From positions 20,784 to 84,783 of the forward strand of contig CAMFLX010000007.1 in the NCBI GenBank assembly GCA_945957555.1: a DNA stretch of 64,000 bases, in the 5' to 3' direction. Below the pieces are notes generated by a model, which worked only from the letters and a program-made list of their open reading frames with translations, had not been told where the DNA came from and did no database searches. The first letter of the stretch is position 1. Every line of letters begins with the position of its first letter. Of this stretch, positions 56,504 through 64,000 are shown piece by piece. The translations under genes were made by a program, and so were the position numbers. The DNA comes from an uncultured Cytophagales bacterium (lineage in GTDB: Bacteria; Bacteroidota; Bacteroidia; Cytophagales; UBA9547).

Positions 56504-57625
56504 ATGAATAACTTATTAGGTAATCAACATATCATCGCAATTATAGTAGTGAGTAGTGTAGTGTCAGCCATTATGGCAATGATGCTTTTGAGAATTGTGA
56601 TGAATGTGGCAAAAAAGTATAATTTGTTTGATAAGCCCAATGCGCGAAAAGTACATAAGACCCCAATTCCAAGTATGGGAGGGGTTTCGCTTATGGGAGG
56701 TGTTTTTGTAAGTTTATTGTTTGCCTTGGTAAGAGGTATAGACTTACAGCTGTTATCGGTTTACTTTTGTCTCTTTCTGATTTCCATAGTGGGTTTAGTG
56801 GACGACTTAAAAGATATCAGTGCGCGCATTAGATTTATCATTGAGTTTCTAATGGCTGCCTTCCTGATCTATCAAGGTATAGAAATTAAAGATTGGCACC
56901 ACCTTTTTGGAGAATCGAGCCTGCCAATGTATATCACTCATATTTTAAATTTAATACTCATTGTGGGAATTATTAATGCGTATAATCTAATTGATGGCAT
57001 TGATGGACTTGCTGGAGGTTTGTCGTTCATTTCTGTGGTTTTCACAGGTACTTTGTTTTATAGAGTTGGCCTTTACGATTATGCCTTATTGGCCTTTACC
57101 ATTGGGGCCGCATTGGCAACTTTTATGAGCTTTAATGCTAACCCAGCCAAAATTTTTTTGGGAGATACTGGATCGTTGATGTTAGGTACTGTAATCGCTG
57201 TATTTATAATGAAACTTTGGGGAGTGACAAGGGGAAGTCAAGCATCTGTAACGGATTTAGACTTTTGGCAAATCCTAATTACATTACCAGCCATTCCAGT
57301 ACTTGATGCTTTTAGAGTAGCTGTATTCAGAGTCATGAAGGGAAGATCACCTTTTAGTGCTGATAAAACTCATATACATCATCACCTCTTAAAATTGGGA
57401 TACCAGCCATTTCAGGCATCTATTTTACTTTGGATATTTCAATGTACCATTCTTACTGTTGTAGTGCTTATAAAGCCAGTGTCTATATGGTTTGAATTAC
57501 TTGTGGTGGTGGTCTTGTATATTATGTTTTATGGAGCAGTGGTTGGGCTCTATGAAAAGATGCAGGCTTCAAGGAAAAAAATTATATTTAAGTATAGTCA
57601 TCTGCAAAAAGAAAATCAAGACTAG
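56504..57625 (+). CDS. Polyprenyl-phosphate HexNAc-1-phosphate transferase (WecA/MraY family), initiating enzyme
   Basis: The motifs KPNARKVHK.PIP..GG; GL.DD....S; NAYNLIDGIDGLAGG; and FLGDTGS are present, with about 10 TM helices. Confidence 0.85.
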   Translation: MNNLLGNQHIIAIIVVSSVVSAIMAMMLLRIVMNVAKKYNLFDKPNARKVHKTPIPSMGGVSLMGGVFVSLLFALVRGIDLQLLSVYFCLFLISIVGLVDDLKDISARIRFIIEFLMAAFLIYQGIEIKDWHHLFGESSLPMYITHILNLILIVGIINAYNLIDGIDGLAGGLSFISVVFTGTLFYRVGLYDYALLAFTIGAALATFMSFNANPAKIFLGDTGSLMLGTVIAVFIMKLWGVTRGSQASVTDLDFWQILITLPAIPVLDAFRVAVFRVMKGRSPFSADKTHIHHHLLKLGYQPFQASILLWIFQCTILTVVVLIKPVSIWFELLVVVVLYIMFYGAVVGLYEKMQASRKKIIFKYSHLQKENQD

Positions 57626-57637
57626 GTCTTGATTTTC
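57611..57637. terminator. Perfect 27-nt palindrome spanning both stop codons of convergent genes
   Basis: GAAAATCAAGAC-TAG-GTCTTGATTTTC has 12-bp arms. The WecA-like stop (57623-57625) and the dedA stop (complement 57622-57624) sit in the loop. Confidence 0.55.
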
Positions 57638-58263
57638 TTTTTGACTCTAAAGAATCCGCTAACGACAACTGAAGTTGTAATTACTAAAAATGCCAATATG
57701 ATGTAGTGAACGTAATGGATAATGCCTGGATAGATGATGCCTAAAAAATAGCCAATAAATATGAGTCCATAGCCCCATAATATACAACCAATGATGGAGT
57801 AGCGGCTAAATTTTTTGATATCCATCTCTACTGCGCCTGCAAGAATAGGAGAGAAGGTTCTCACATAGGGTAGAAATTTGCTTATGATGAGTGTATTGCC
57901 TCCAAATTTCATAAAATACATCCGTGTTTTTACCAAATATTCTTGCTTGAAAAAGAAAGAGTCCTTTTTTTTGAATAATCCCTTCCCTACGTATTTCCCA
58001 AAATAATAACCAGTGAAATTACCCAATATAGCTGCGACGGTAATCATTGACGCTACTGTAAAGTAGTTGTACCCAAGTTTGTCTCCATTGCAAAGAATAC
58101 CAGTTACGAAAAGAAGATAATCGCCTGGGAGGAAAAACCCGAAGAACAGCCCGTTTTCTGCATATACTATGGCTATGATTAAAATTAGGCCACCAGTTTG
58201 TAATAGAGGGATCAATTGATGTTGATCTGTGGTTAGTGCTTTAAATGCTTCAATCAAATCCAT
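57622..58263 (-). CDS. DedA/SNARE-associated family membrane protein
   Basis: 213 aa. The motifs ENGLFFGFFLPGD.LL and R..P.VRTF.P..AG....... are typical of DedA. Confidence 0.8.
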   Translation of the reverse strand: MDLIEAFKALTTDQHQLIPLLQTGGLILIIAIVYAENGLFFGFFLPGDYLLFVTGILCNGDKLGYNYFTVASMITVAAILGNFTGYYFGKYVGKGLFKKKDSFFFKQEYLVKTRMYFMKFGGNTLIISKFLPYVRTFSPILAGAVEMDIKKFSRYSIIGCILWGYGLIFIGYFLGIIYPGIIHYVHYIILAFLVITTSVVVSGFFRVKKKIKT

Positions 58264-58368
58264 AAGGATGTTTTTTTACAAAAAAAGCAAAGAATAGCTT
58301 AAATAAAAAAGATTTCAATGACTTAATTTCCAGAATAGAACAATTGTAAGGCTGAGGAGCTATAAAAT

Positions 58369-58400
58369 AAAAGAACCCAAACAAAGTCTGGGTTCTTTTT
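58369..58400 (-). terminator. Rho-independent terminator downstream of rarA
   Basis: AGAACCCA-N9-TGGGTTCT is flanked by an A-run and a T-run, so it could work in both directions. Confidence 0.6.
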
Positions 58401-58776
58401 GCTCTTACAGGTGTATGAATTTATCTGTGTTATGTTTATTAATACCACTACTTTTCAATAGGTAAATGGTAAACGTGAATTTTTTTTGTTTTTTTTACAT
58501 TTTTTTTATAACGACCATTGTTGGGTACTCTAAGCCTGTTTTTGTAGTAGCTTTTATGGTCTTATTTGATGAAATCTGTGTATTCTTTCGAGATATTTGA
58601 TGTTCATAGGCCGCCCAGATGATAAAAAATAATACTGAAATTTTTAACTCAAAACTAAACTTCTTGATAGATCTTATGCTATGCATCCTTATACGGTCTG
58701 TTTTGTATATTTATACCAACACCTTTACAAAAGTAAATGATTGCGTTATATTTTATATATATAATGTTGGATGTAT

Positions 58777-60036
58777 TCAATAATTATATTTTTTACCCCA
58801 TAAATTCTTCAAATATTGTCTTAATTCGTTTTCTCTGAGGTTGTTTGATGGATTATACAGTACTGATTCTTTGATTTCTTCAGGGAAGTACTCTTGGTTA
58901 GAAAAGCTTTTATCAAAGTTATGTGAATATTTATAATCCTTTCCGTATCCTTCATTTTTCATGAGTTTTGTTGGTGCGTTTCGCAAATGCAACGGAACTG
59001 GGAGGTTGCCAGTTTCTCGTACGATCATATTTGCCTGTTTTATGGCCATATAGGCCGCATTGCTCTTTTGGGAAGAGGCCAAATAAGTTACGCATTGTGA
59101 TAGTATGATTTCTGCCTCAGGATAGCCGATCACATTCACCGCTTGGAAACAATTATTGGCCAAGAGCAAGGCATTGGGGTTGGCATTGCCAATATCTTCA
59201 GAGGCCAGTATCAGCAATCTTCTGGCAATGAATTTTACATCCTCTCCACCTTGAATCATTCTCGATAGCCAATACACTGCCGCATTAGGGTCACTACCCC
59301 TGATGGACTTGATGAAGGCTGATATGATATCGTAATGCATTTCACCATTCTTGTCGTATAGGACTATGTTTTTTTGACAGATTTCTATGACTCTTTCATC
59401 TGTTATGGTACTTCCAGCCTCTGCTTGGTTACCTACAAGTTCCAACGTGTTGTATAGTTTGCGGCCGTCGCCACCACTCATGTTGATGATTGCTTCATAT
59501 GATTCGAAGTTGAACTTTTGAGATTTCAAGAACTCGTCTTTTTCCAGTGCGATCTCTACCATGCTTTTCAGTTCTTCCCTACTGAGGTGCTGCAAGTGAT
59601 ACACTTGGCACCTAGACAAAAGTGCCGAAACCACTTCAAATGAGGGGTTTTCGGTGGTAGCGCCTATCAGAGTGATCACTCCTTTTTCTACGGCATTGAG
59701 CAGGGCATCTTGTTGAGACTTATTAAATCGGTGGATCTCGTCAATGAATAAGATTGTTTTGTCCAAGAATTTGGCTTTTTCTATCACTTCACGCACTTCT
59801 TTTACATTACTGCTGACAGCGCTCAGTATGAAAAAATTAGCTTTACAATATTTGGAGATGAGTTGAGCGAGGGTGGTCTTGCCCACACCTGGAGGTCCCC
59901 AAAAAATCATGGAAGGAACTACACCACTGAGTAAGGCCTTGCGAAGTGGTGAGTTAGGGCCAAGGAGATGTTTTTGCCCGATGAATTCTTCCATTGAGTT
60001 GGGTCTGAGGCGTTCTGCGAGGGGTTTTACGTACAT
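58777..60036 (-). CDS. rarA: Replication-associated recombination protein A (AAA+ ATPase RarA/MgsA)
   Basis: PLAERLRP....EF.GQ.HLLG...PL; Walker A GPPGVGKTT; Walker B LFIDEIHRFNK.QQD; and GATTENPSFE are present. I take the ATG at complement 60034-60036 rather than the longer ORF. Confidence 0.85.
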   Translation of the reverse strand: MYVKPLAERLRPNSMEEFIGQKHLLGPNSPLRKALLSGVVPSMIFWGPPGVGKTTLAQLISKYCKANFFILSAVSSNVKEVREVIEKAKFLDKTILFIDEIHRFNKSQQDALLNAVEKGVITLIGATTENPSFEVVSALLSRCQVYHLQHLSREELKSMVEIALEKDEFLKSQKFNFESYEAIINMSGGDGRKLYNTLELVGNQAEAGSTITDERVIEICQKNIVLYDKNGEMHYDIISAFIKSIRGSDPNAAVYWLSRMIQGGEDVKFIARRLLILASEDIGNANPNALLLANNCFQAVNVIGYPEAEIILSQCVTYLASSQKSNAAYMAIKQANMIVRETGNLPVPLHLRNAPTKLMKNEGYGKDYKYSHNFDKSFSNQEYFPEEIKESVLYNPSNNLRENELRQYLKNLWGKKYNY

Positions 60037-60206
60037 ACATTGTTCTTTAGTCCTATTTACAAAGTTACGCTTTATTTGGTATAATGGAATCAAGATGCCT
60101 TCCAATCATTCATACATCTACTACTGAGGCGCCAATTAAATACTTAAATAGTACGCTTATCAATTAGTATAGGGCATATTCGGAGTATTTCATTAAGTTT
60201 GCACGT

Positions 60207-61100
60207 ATGTATGCCAAGTCCGAGATCAAGGTCCATGTATTGTTGCTGAGTGTCTGTGTGTCCAATGGATTGAACTATTCCATCTCCAAAATCGTGATGG
60301 GTGGATTTGTGGATCCCATGGCCATCATTCTCATTCGTATTGTAGCTACTGCTTTGTTTTTCTGGGTATTGTCCAAACTATTGAAGATCGACGATACAAT
60401 AGAAAAGGCTGATTATAAGCGTTTATTGCTTTGCTCGCTTTTGGGGATTTCAAGCAATCAGCTCATGTTTTACAACGGACTTAACTTAACTACACCGATC
60501 AATGCCGCGGTAATGTCATTGATGACCCCTATCATCATATTTTTAATCACCCATTTTGTGGTCAAAGAAAAGTCAGCTTGGTGGCAGGTGTTGGGGGTAT
60601 TTGTAGCTAGTATTGGGGCTGGTTTGTTGGTGTTTGGTAAGGGAGTGAGGATGGGTGCAGACACCATTGTCGGAGATATATTGATCTTGGGAAATTCCAC
60701 CGTATATGCACTCTATGTTGTGTTGGTAACACCGCTGATGCGTAAGTACCATTCTATTACGGTTATGAAGATCGTATTTGTCCTTGCCATACCCATTGTT
60801 TTGCCTGTAGGAGTCTCTCATTTGGTGGAAACCCAATGGTCTGTGATGGGCCTTATTCCGTGGCTTTCTTTGGCTTTTATAGTCTTAATTGGCACCATTT
60901 ATAACTATTATATCAATACATGGTCGCTCAAGCATGTGAGTCCTACCGTAAATGGCGGTTATATCTATTTAATCCCCTTTCTGGCGACTTTATTTGCGGT
61001 GCTCATGGGCAAGGATATACTCACTTGGGAAAAGGTAATCTATGGCATCTTGATTTTTGTAGGCGTATACCTTGTAGGCCGCAAGTTGAGAACGGAGTAG
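60207..61100 (+). CDS. EamA/DMT-superfamily transporter
   Basis: 297 aa with 10 predicted helices arranged as two EamA-like halves. Confidence 0.75.
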   Translation: MYAKSEIKVHVLLLSVCVSNGLNYSISKIVMGGFVDPMAIILIRIVATALFFWVLSKLLKIDDTIEKADYKRLLLCSLLGISSNQLMFYNGLNLTTPINAAVMSLMTPIIIFLITHFVVKEKSAWWQVLGVFVASIGAGLLVFGKGVRMGADTIVGDILILGNSTVYALYVVLVTPLMRKYHSITVMKIVFVLAIPIVLPVGVSHLVETQWSVMGLIPWLSLAFIVLIGTIYNYYINTWSLKHVSPTVNGGYIYLIPFLATLFAVLMGKDILTWEKVIYGILIFVGVYLVGRKLRTE

Positions 61101-61247
61101 GTGGCTGGTGTTATAATTATAAATGTTGAATTATAAGTTGATGAATTTCCTTGAGACTTATAATTTCCTTTTCCAAGTTTGACAAGTACTGCGCTAACAT
61201 GATTGAACTGCAATATTGGTGGAATCCGTATTGGGTTTTAACCAAAC

Positions 61248-61280
61248 AAAGAAAGGCTGTCTTGCGGACAGCCTTTCTTT
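61248..61280. terminator. Strong bidirectional rho-independent terminator
   Basis: AAAGAAAGGCTGTC-TTGCG-GACAGCCTTTCTTT is a perfect 14-bp stem between the convergent EamA and E2 genes. Confidence 0.8.
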
Positions 61281-61298
61281 GTTTGTAAATATTGTTTT

Positions 61299-62915
61299 TT
61301 AAGCCAAAAGTCTGATTGGATCTTCAAGTAATTGCTTGAAGGTCTGTAAGAATGCAGCACCTACCGCACCATCTACCACTCTGTGGTCGCAAGCAAGGGT
61401 TACTTTCATTACATTACCAGCTACGATTTGTCCATTTTTAACTACAGGCGTTTGTTTGATACTACCTACAGACATGATACATGCCTCCGGAGTATTCAAG
61501 ATAGATGTGAATTGCTCTATACCAAACATGCCCAAGTTGGAAATGGTAAAGGTGTTGCCCGCCATATCTGCTGGTTGTAGTTTTTTGCTTTTTGCTTTAC
61601 CTCCAAAGTCTTTCACTTCTGCAGAAATCTGAGACAATGACTTGTTGTCTGCAAACTTCACCACAGGTACCAAGAGCCCATCTTCAACAGCCATAGCCAC
61701 ACCAATATGGATGTGTTGGTTTACCCTGATGCTTTCACCTCTCCACGACGCGTTAGCCATAGGATGTTTCCTCAACGCAGCAGCAGTAGCCTTGATCACC
61801 ATGTCATTGAACGAGATCTTTACTGGAGCGATTTGGTTGAGGCTTTCTCTTGCTTCCACAGCCTTGTCCATGTCTATTTCTATGGTAAGATAGATATGGA
61901 GTGCCGTGAATTGACTTTCTGAAAGACGTTTCACGATGGTCTTCCTCATCTGGCTGATCGGCAACTCGTCAAATTTCTCTTCACCTACATAAGCAGGGAA
62001 GGTAACTGCTGGCGTTGCTGTTTTTTCAGTGGATTTAGCAGGAGCAGGAGCTCCTTTGAAGTTTTCTATGTCTTTTTTGGTGATTCTACCATTCTCGCCT
62101 GAACCGGGAACAGCGGCTAGGTCTATGCCCTTGTCTTTAGCGATTACTTTTGCCAATGGGGAAGCAAATATACGACCGTTGGTATTGTTGTTTGCCACAG
62201 TGGCAGTTTCTGCTGTTTTATGGCTTTCAGTTGCTACGCTTGCAGTAGTGGTTTCTGTCTTGGCTACAGGAGCCGTGCTAGCACCTCCTTGAGAAGCCGC
62301 AAGAAGTGTTTTCCAGTCGGCATCTTCCTTGCCTACAATAGCGATGATACCATCTACAGCTATAGAATTACCAGCTTCTACTCCTATATATAGCAGGGTG
62401 CCTGTTTCGTAAGATTCAAGCTCCATAGTTGCTTTGTCAGTTTCTACCTCAGCTAGCAACTCTCCCGATTTTACTTTATCTCCCACTTTTTTGTGCCAAG
62501 CTACAATGTTACCATCGGTCATGGTATCACTCATTTTAGGCATTCTGATCACTTGTGCAGCAATCTTCGAAGTATCTACCGCAGGTGTAGCAGGTGCAGC
62601 GGCAGCAGGTGCAGCTTTTGCTTCTGCTTTAGGGGCAGGTGCAGCACCGCCACTAAGTAGTGCAGCGAAGTCCTCGCCAGGGTTACCGATAATGGCAATG
62701 ATACCGTCAACAGGTACGGAGCCTTTTTCAGGAATATTGATATGAAGCAAAGTGCCGTTGTCGTAAGATTCCAGCTCCATGGTAGCCTTGTCGGTTTCCA
62801 CTTCAGCAAGCAAATCCCCTGACTTCACTTTGTCTCCTACTTTTTTGTGCCAAGCAGCGATCACACCTTCTGTCATGGTGTCGCTCATTTTAGGCATTTT
62901 AATAACCTGTGCCAT
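61299..62915 (-). CDS. Dihydrolipoyllysine-residue acetyltransferase (E2) of a 2-oxoacid (most likely pyruvate) dehydrogenase complex, with two lipoyl domains
   Basis: Two lipoyl domains carry ETDKATME. Ala/Pro-rich linkers, a peripheral-subunit-binding domain (IFASPLAKVIAKDKGIDL) and a catalytic domain with DHRVVDGA follow. Confidence 0.85.
   Translation of the reverse strand: MAQVIKMPKMSDTMTEGVIAAWHKKVGDKVKSGDLLAEVETDKATMELESYDNGTLLHINIPEKGSVPVDGIIAIIGNPGEDFAALLSGGAAPAPKAEAKAAPAAAAPATPAVDTSKIAAQVIRMPKMSDTMTDGNIVAWHKKVGDKVKSGELLAEVETDKATMELESYETGTLLYIGVEAGNSIAVDGIIAIVGKEDADWKTLLAASQGGASTAPVAKTETTTASVATESHKTAETATVANNNTNGRIFASPLAKVIAKDKGIDLAAVPGSGENGRITKKDIENFKGAPAPAKSTEKTATPAVTFPAYVGEEKFDELPISQMRKTIVKRLSESQFTALHIYLTIEIDMDKAVEARESLNQIAPVKISFNDMVIKATAAALRKHPMANASWRGESIRVNQHIHIGVAMAVEDGLLVPVVKFADNKSLSQISAEVKDFGGKAKSKKLQPADMAGNTFTISNLGMFGIEQFTSILNTPEACIMSVGSIKQTPVVKNGQIVAGNVMKVTLACDHRVVDGAVGAAFLQTFKQLLEDPIRLLA
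62316..62906 (-). repeat. Internal tandem duplication encoding the two lipoyl domains
   Basis: VI(K/R)MPKMSDTMT(E/D)G.I.AWHKKVGDKVKSG(D/E)LLAEVETDKATMELESY..GTLL occurs twice. The similarity is also visible at DNA level. Confidence 0.8.
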
Positions 62916-63210
62916 TTCCTTATTTTAAAAAATTAAGATCTTCTTTTTTGAGTTAGCAAAAATAGTAGTAAAACTACTTCTTTCAAAATTATAATTGCAG
63001 GCTGAGACGTATATTGCTTAAACCCTATGAGTATAATTGCTGATTAAATACTTTTGGTGTTCGAATAAGTATAGATATGAGGCCTTGCAATCGGTTCCGC
63101 AGTCTTTTTTAATACTTAATCTCGTTTAGTTGAGCTTTTCCAAAGAATGGCCGTTTAATGTAACTATCCTTGTAATTTGGAACTTCAAATCAAGTGTGAT
63201 AGTGGAGCAT

Positions 63211-64000
63211 TTACTTTTGTTGAAGTAAATTCAACAATTCGTGAAAGCTTGGCCTCAGACTTGGTCTCATACACATACATTTATCCCTAAGTAGCGTAAG
63301 TGTTTTAAACGTCAAAGTATTCTGTTCTGCTGAATCCATGTGTTGTATAAGATCATCAAGTAAGCAGCCATATGCCCTAACTTCTATTTTTTCAAATGCC
63401 TTTGCAAGATTTATTTGTGATTTATCGAAGAGCGTACCCGCACCAAAGTCGCCAATCAATGCATTATAAGAAGGATCTACCAATATGTTGTGTGCATAAA
63501 AATCTCCATGCATGATGCCCTTTGTGTGCAAATGTGCCAATACAGAAGCGCTGTCTTTGGCCACCTGTAGTGCTTGTGCACTAGTGAATAATGTACCTTT
63601 TGGATAGTTGTCCCTCGTACAAGAAGCAAAGTTGGGAGGCGCACCTAGGTTTTTAAAAGTGGGAGGGATGAGACCCAGTACCAAACCTTGTTTCTGGTCT
63701 GGATGCTGTGCGATCTTGCCTAATATTTGCACCAAGTTGGGGTGGGTACCAGCCGCAATGCAGGCATTCATTTCGTCATGAGGTAGTCCATCGCTGGTAA
63801 CTTCTCCCTTGAATACCTTGATGGCTACTTCTGTACTTTGTGAAAGCCACTTTCCCTTGTAGATGTGTCCTGAAGCACCTTCTCCTAGAAGATCGGCCTG
63901 AAGAAGATCGTACCATGGGATCTCTTGTAAAGGCTCTTGAGATTCCTGATGTTCAAAGGCAGGGTTACCTGCATAAGCGAGCCAAGAGAGTTTAGGCATG
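63211..64000 (-). CDS. Eukaryote-like protein kinase domain protein, probably the C-terminal part of an LRR-kinase; may continue beyond the window
   Basis: The kinase motifs are a G-loop (LGEGASGHIYKG), VAIK, a catalytic loop HGDFYAHNILV and DFG (IGDFGAG). The residues before the kinase domain (LSWLAYAGNPAF) look like the end of an LRR array. The ORF reaches the window edge. Confidence 0.7.
   Translation of the reverse strand, partial: MPKLSWLAYAGNPAFEHQESQEPLQEIPWYDLLQADLLGEGASGHIYKGKWLSQSTEVAIKVFKGEVTSDGLPHDEMNACIAAGTHPNLVQILGKIAQHPDQKQGLVLGLIPPTFKNLGAPPNFASCTRDNYPKGTLFTSAQALQVAKDSASVLAHLHTKGIMHGDFYAHNILVDPSYNALIGDFGAGTLFDKSQINLAKAFEKIEVRAYGCLLDDLIQHMDSAEQNTLTFKTLTLLRDKCMCMRPSLRPSFHELLNLLQQK

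Noticed and set aside
58495-58686. 63-aa ORF in the dedA-rarA intergenic region
   Set aside because: I recognised no homology. It lies in AT- and T-run-rich sequence upstream of a clear terminator, and the only support is one hydrophobic stretch. It is left unannotated.
61336-62809. Several 65-103-aa ORFs antisense to or overlapping the E2 gene
   Set aside because: They are shadow ORFs produced by the Ala/Pro-rich, relatively GC-rich E2 coding sequence. Their translations are low-complexity and have no start context. The same reasoning applies to the antisense ORFs inside the adhesin, kinase, GH63 and EPS genes throughout the track.
1-64000. Mobile elements, prophage, toxin-antitoxin, restriction-modification or known phage-defence cassettes
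   Set aside because: I recognised no integrase, transposase, terminal inverted repeats with target duplications, cas, methyltransferase/endonuclease pairs or small TA-like gene pairs in any frame. A profile-based scan (DefenseFinder, PADLOC or ISEScan) would be the decisive check.

Overview
This is a low-GC chromosomal segment that looks like Bacteroidota. The evidence is several proteins with T9SS type-A or type-B C-terminal sorting domains, a PorP/SprF-like barrel, a Bacteroidota-style ParE and a pair of DUF4199-like membrane proteins. About 50 CDSs are credible. Reading by eye I found no rRNA, tRNA, CRISPR, transposase, integrase or recognisable phage-defence genes. All domain calls come from motif recognition in the supplied translations; no HMM or BLAST search was run.

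The window falls into three blocks:
- 0-27 kb is a cell-surface block. It holds two very large repeat-rich adhesins with type-B CTDs and a minus-strand cluster of ECF sigma, anti-sigma-like protein, LRR/Ig adhesin, LRR protein and beta-helix protein. That cluster sits divergent to a PorP/SprF-like gene. The same block also carries a small detox trio, fbp, a GH63-like hydrolase and an orphan propeller/Y_Y_Y histidine kinase.
- 27-40 kb is housekeeping: a DtxR/MntR-type repressor with a fused metal SBP-ATPase, a J-domain protein, ald, parE, a GT2, csp and PBP4.
- 40-57.6 kb is a Wzx/Wzy-type exopolysaccharide locus, abutted by a sigma-54-type response regulator and an Hpt protein.

The window ends with dedA, rarA, an EamA transporter, a two-lipoyl PDH E2 and a eukaryote-like protein kinase cut by the window edge.

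The most interesting candidates are:
- An inner-membrane anti-sigma-like protein whose extracytoplasmic end is a T9SS type-B sorting domain, embedded in a FecIRA-like module made of T9SS parts.
- An 876-aa fusion of kinase, nucleotidyltransferase-like and P-loop kinase domains that leads an EPS operon.
- An EPS control region with a recurring TTCCCA-N3-TGGGAA palindrome, paralogous REC domains, an Hpt protein and a Wzc that lacks a tyrosine tail.
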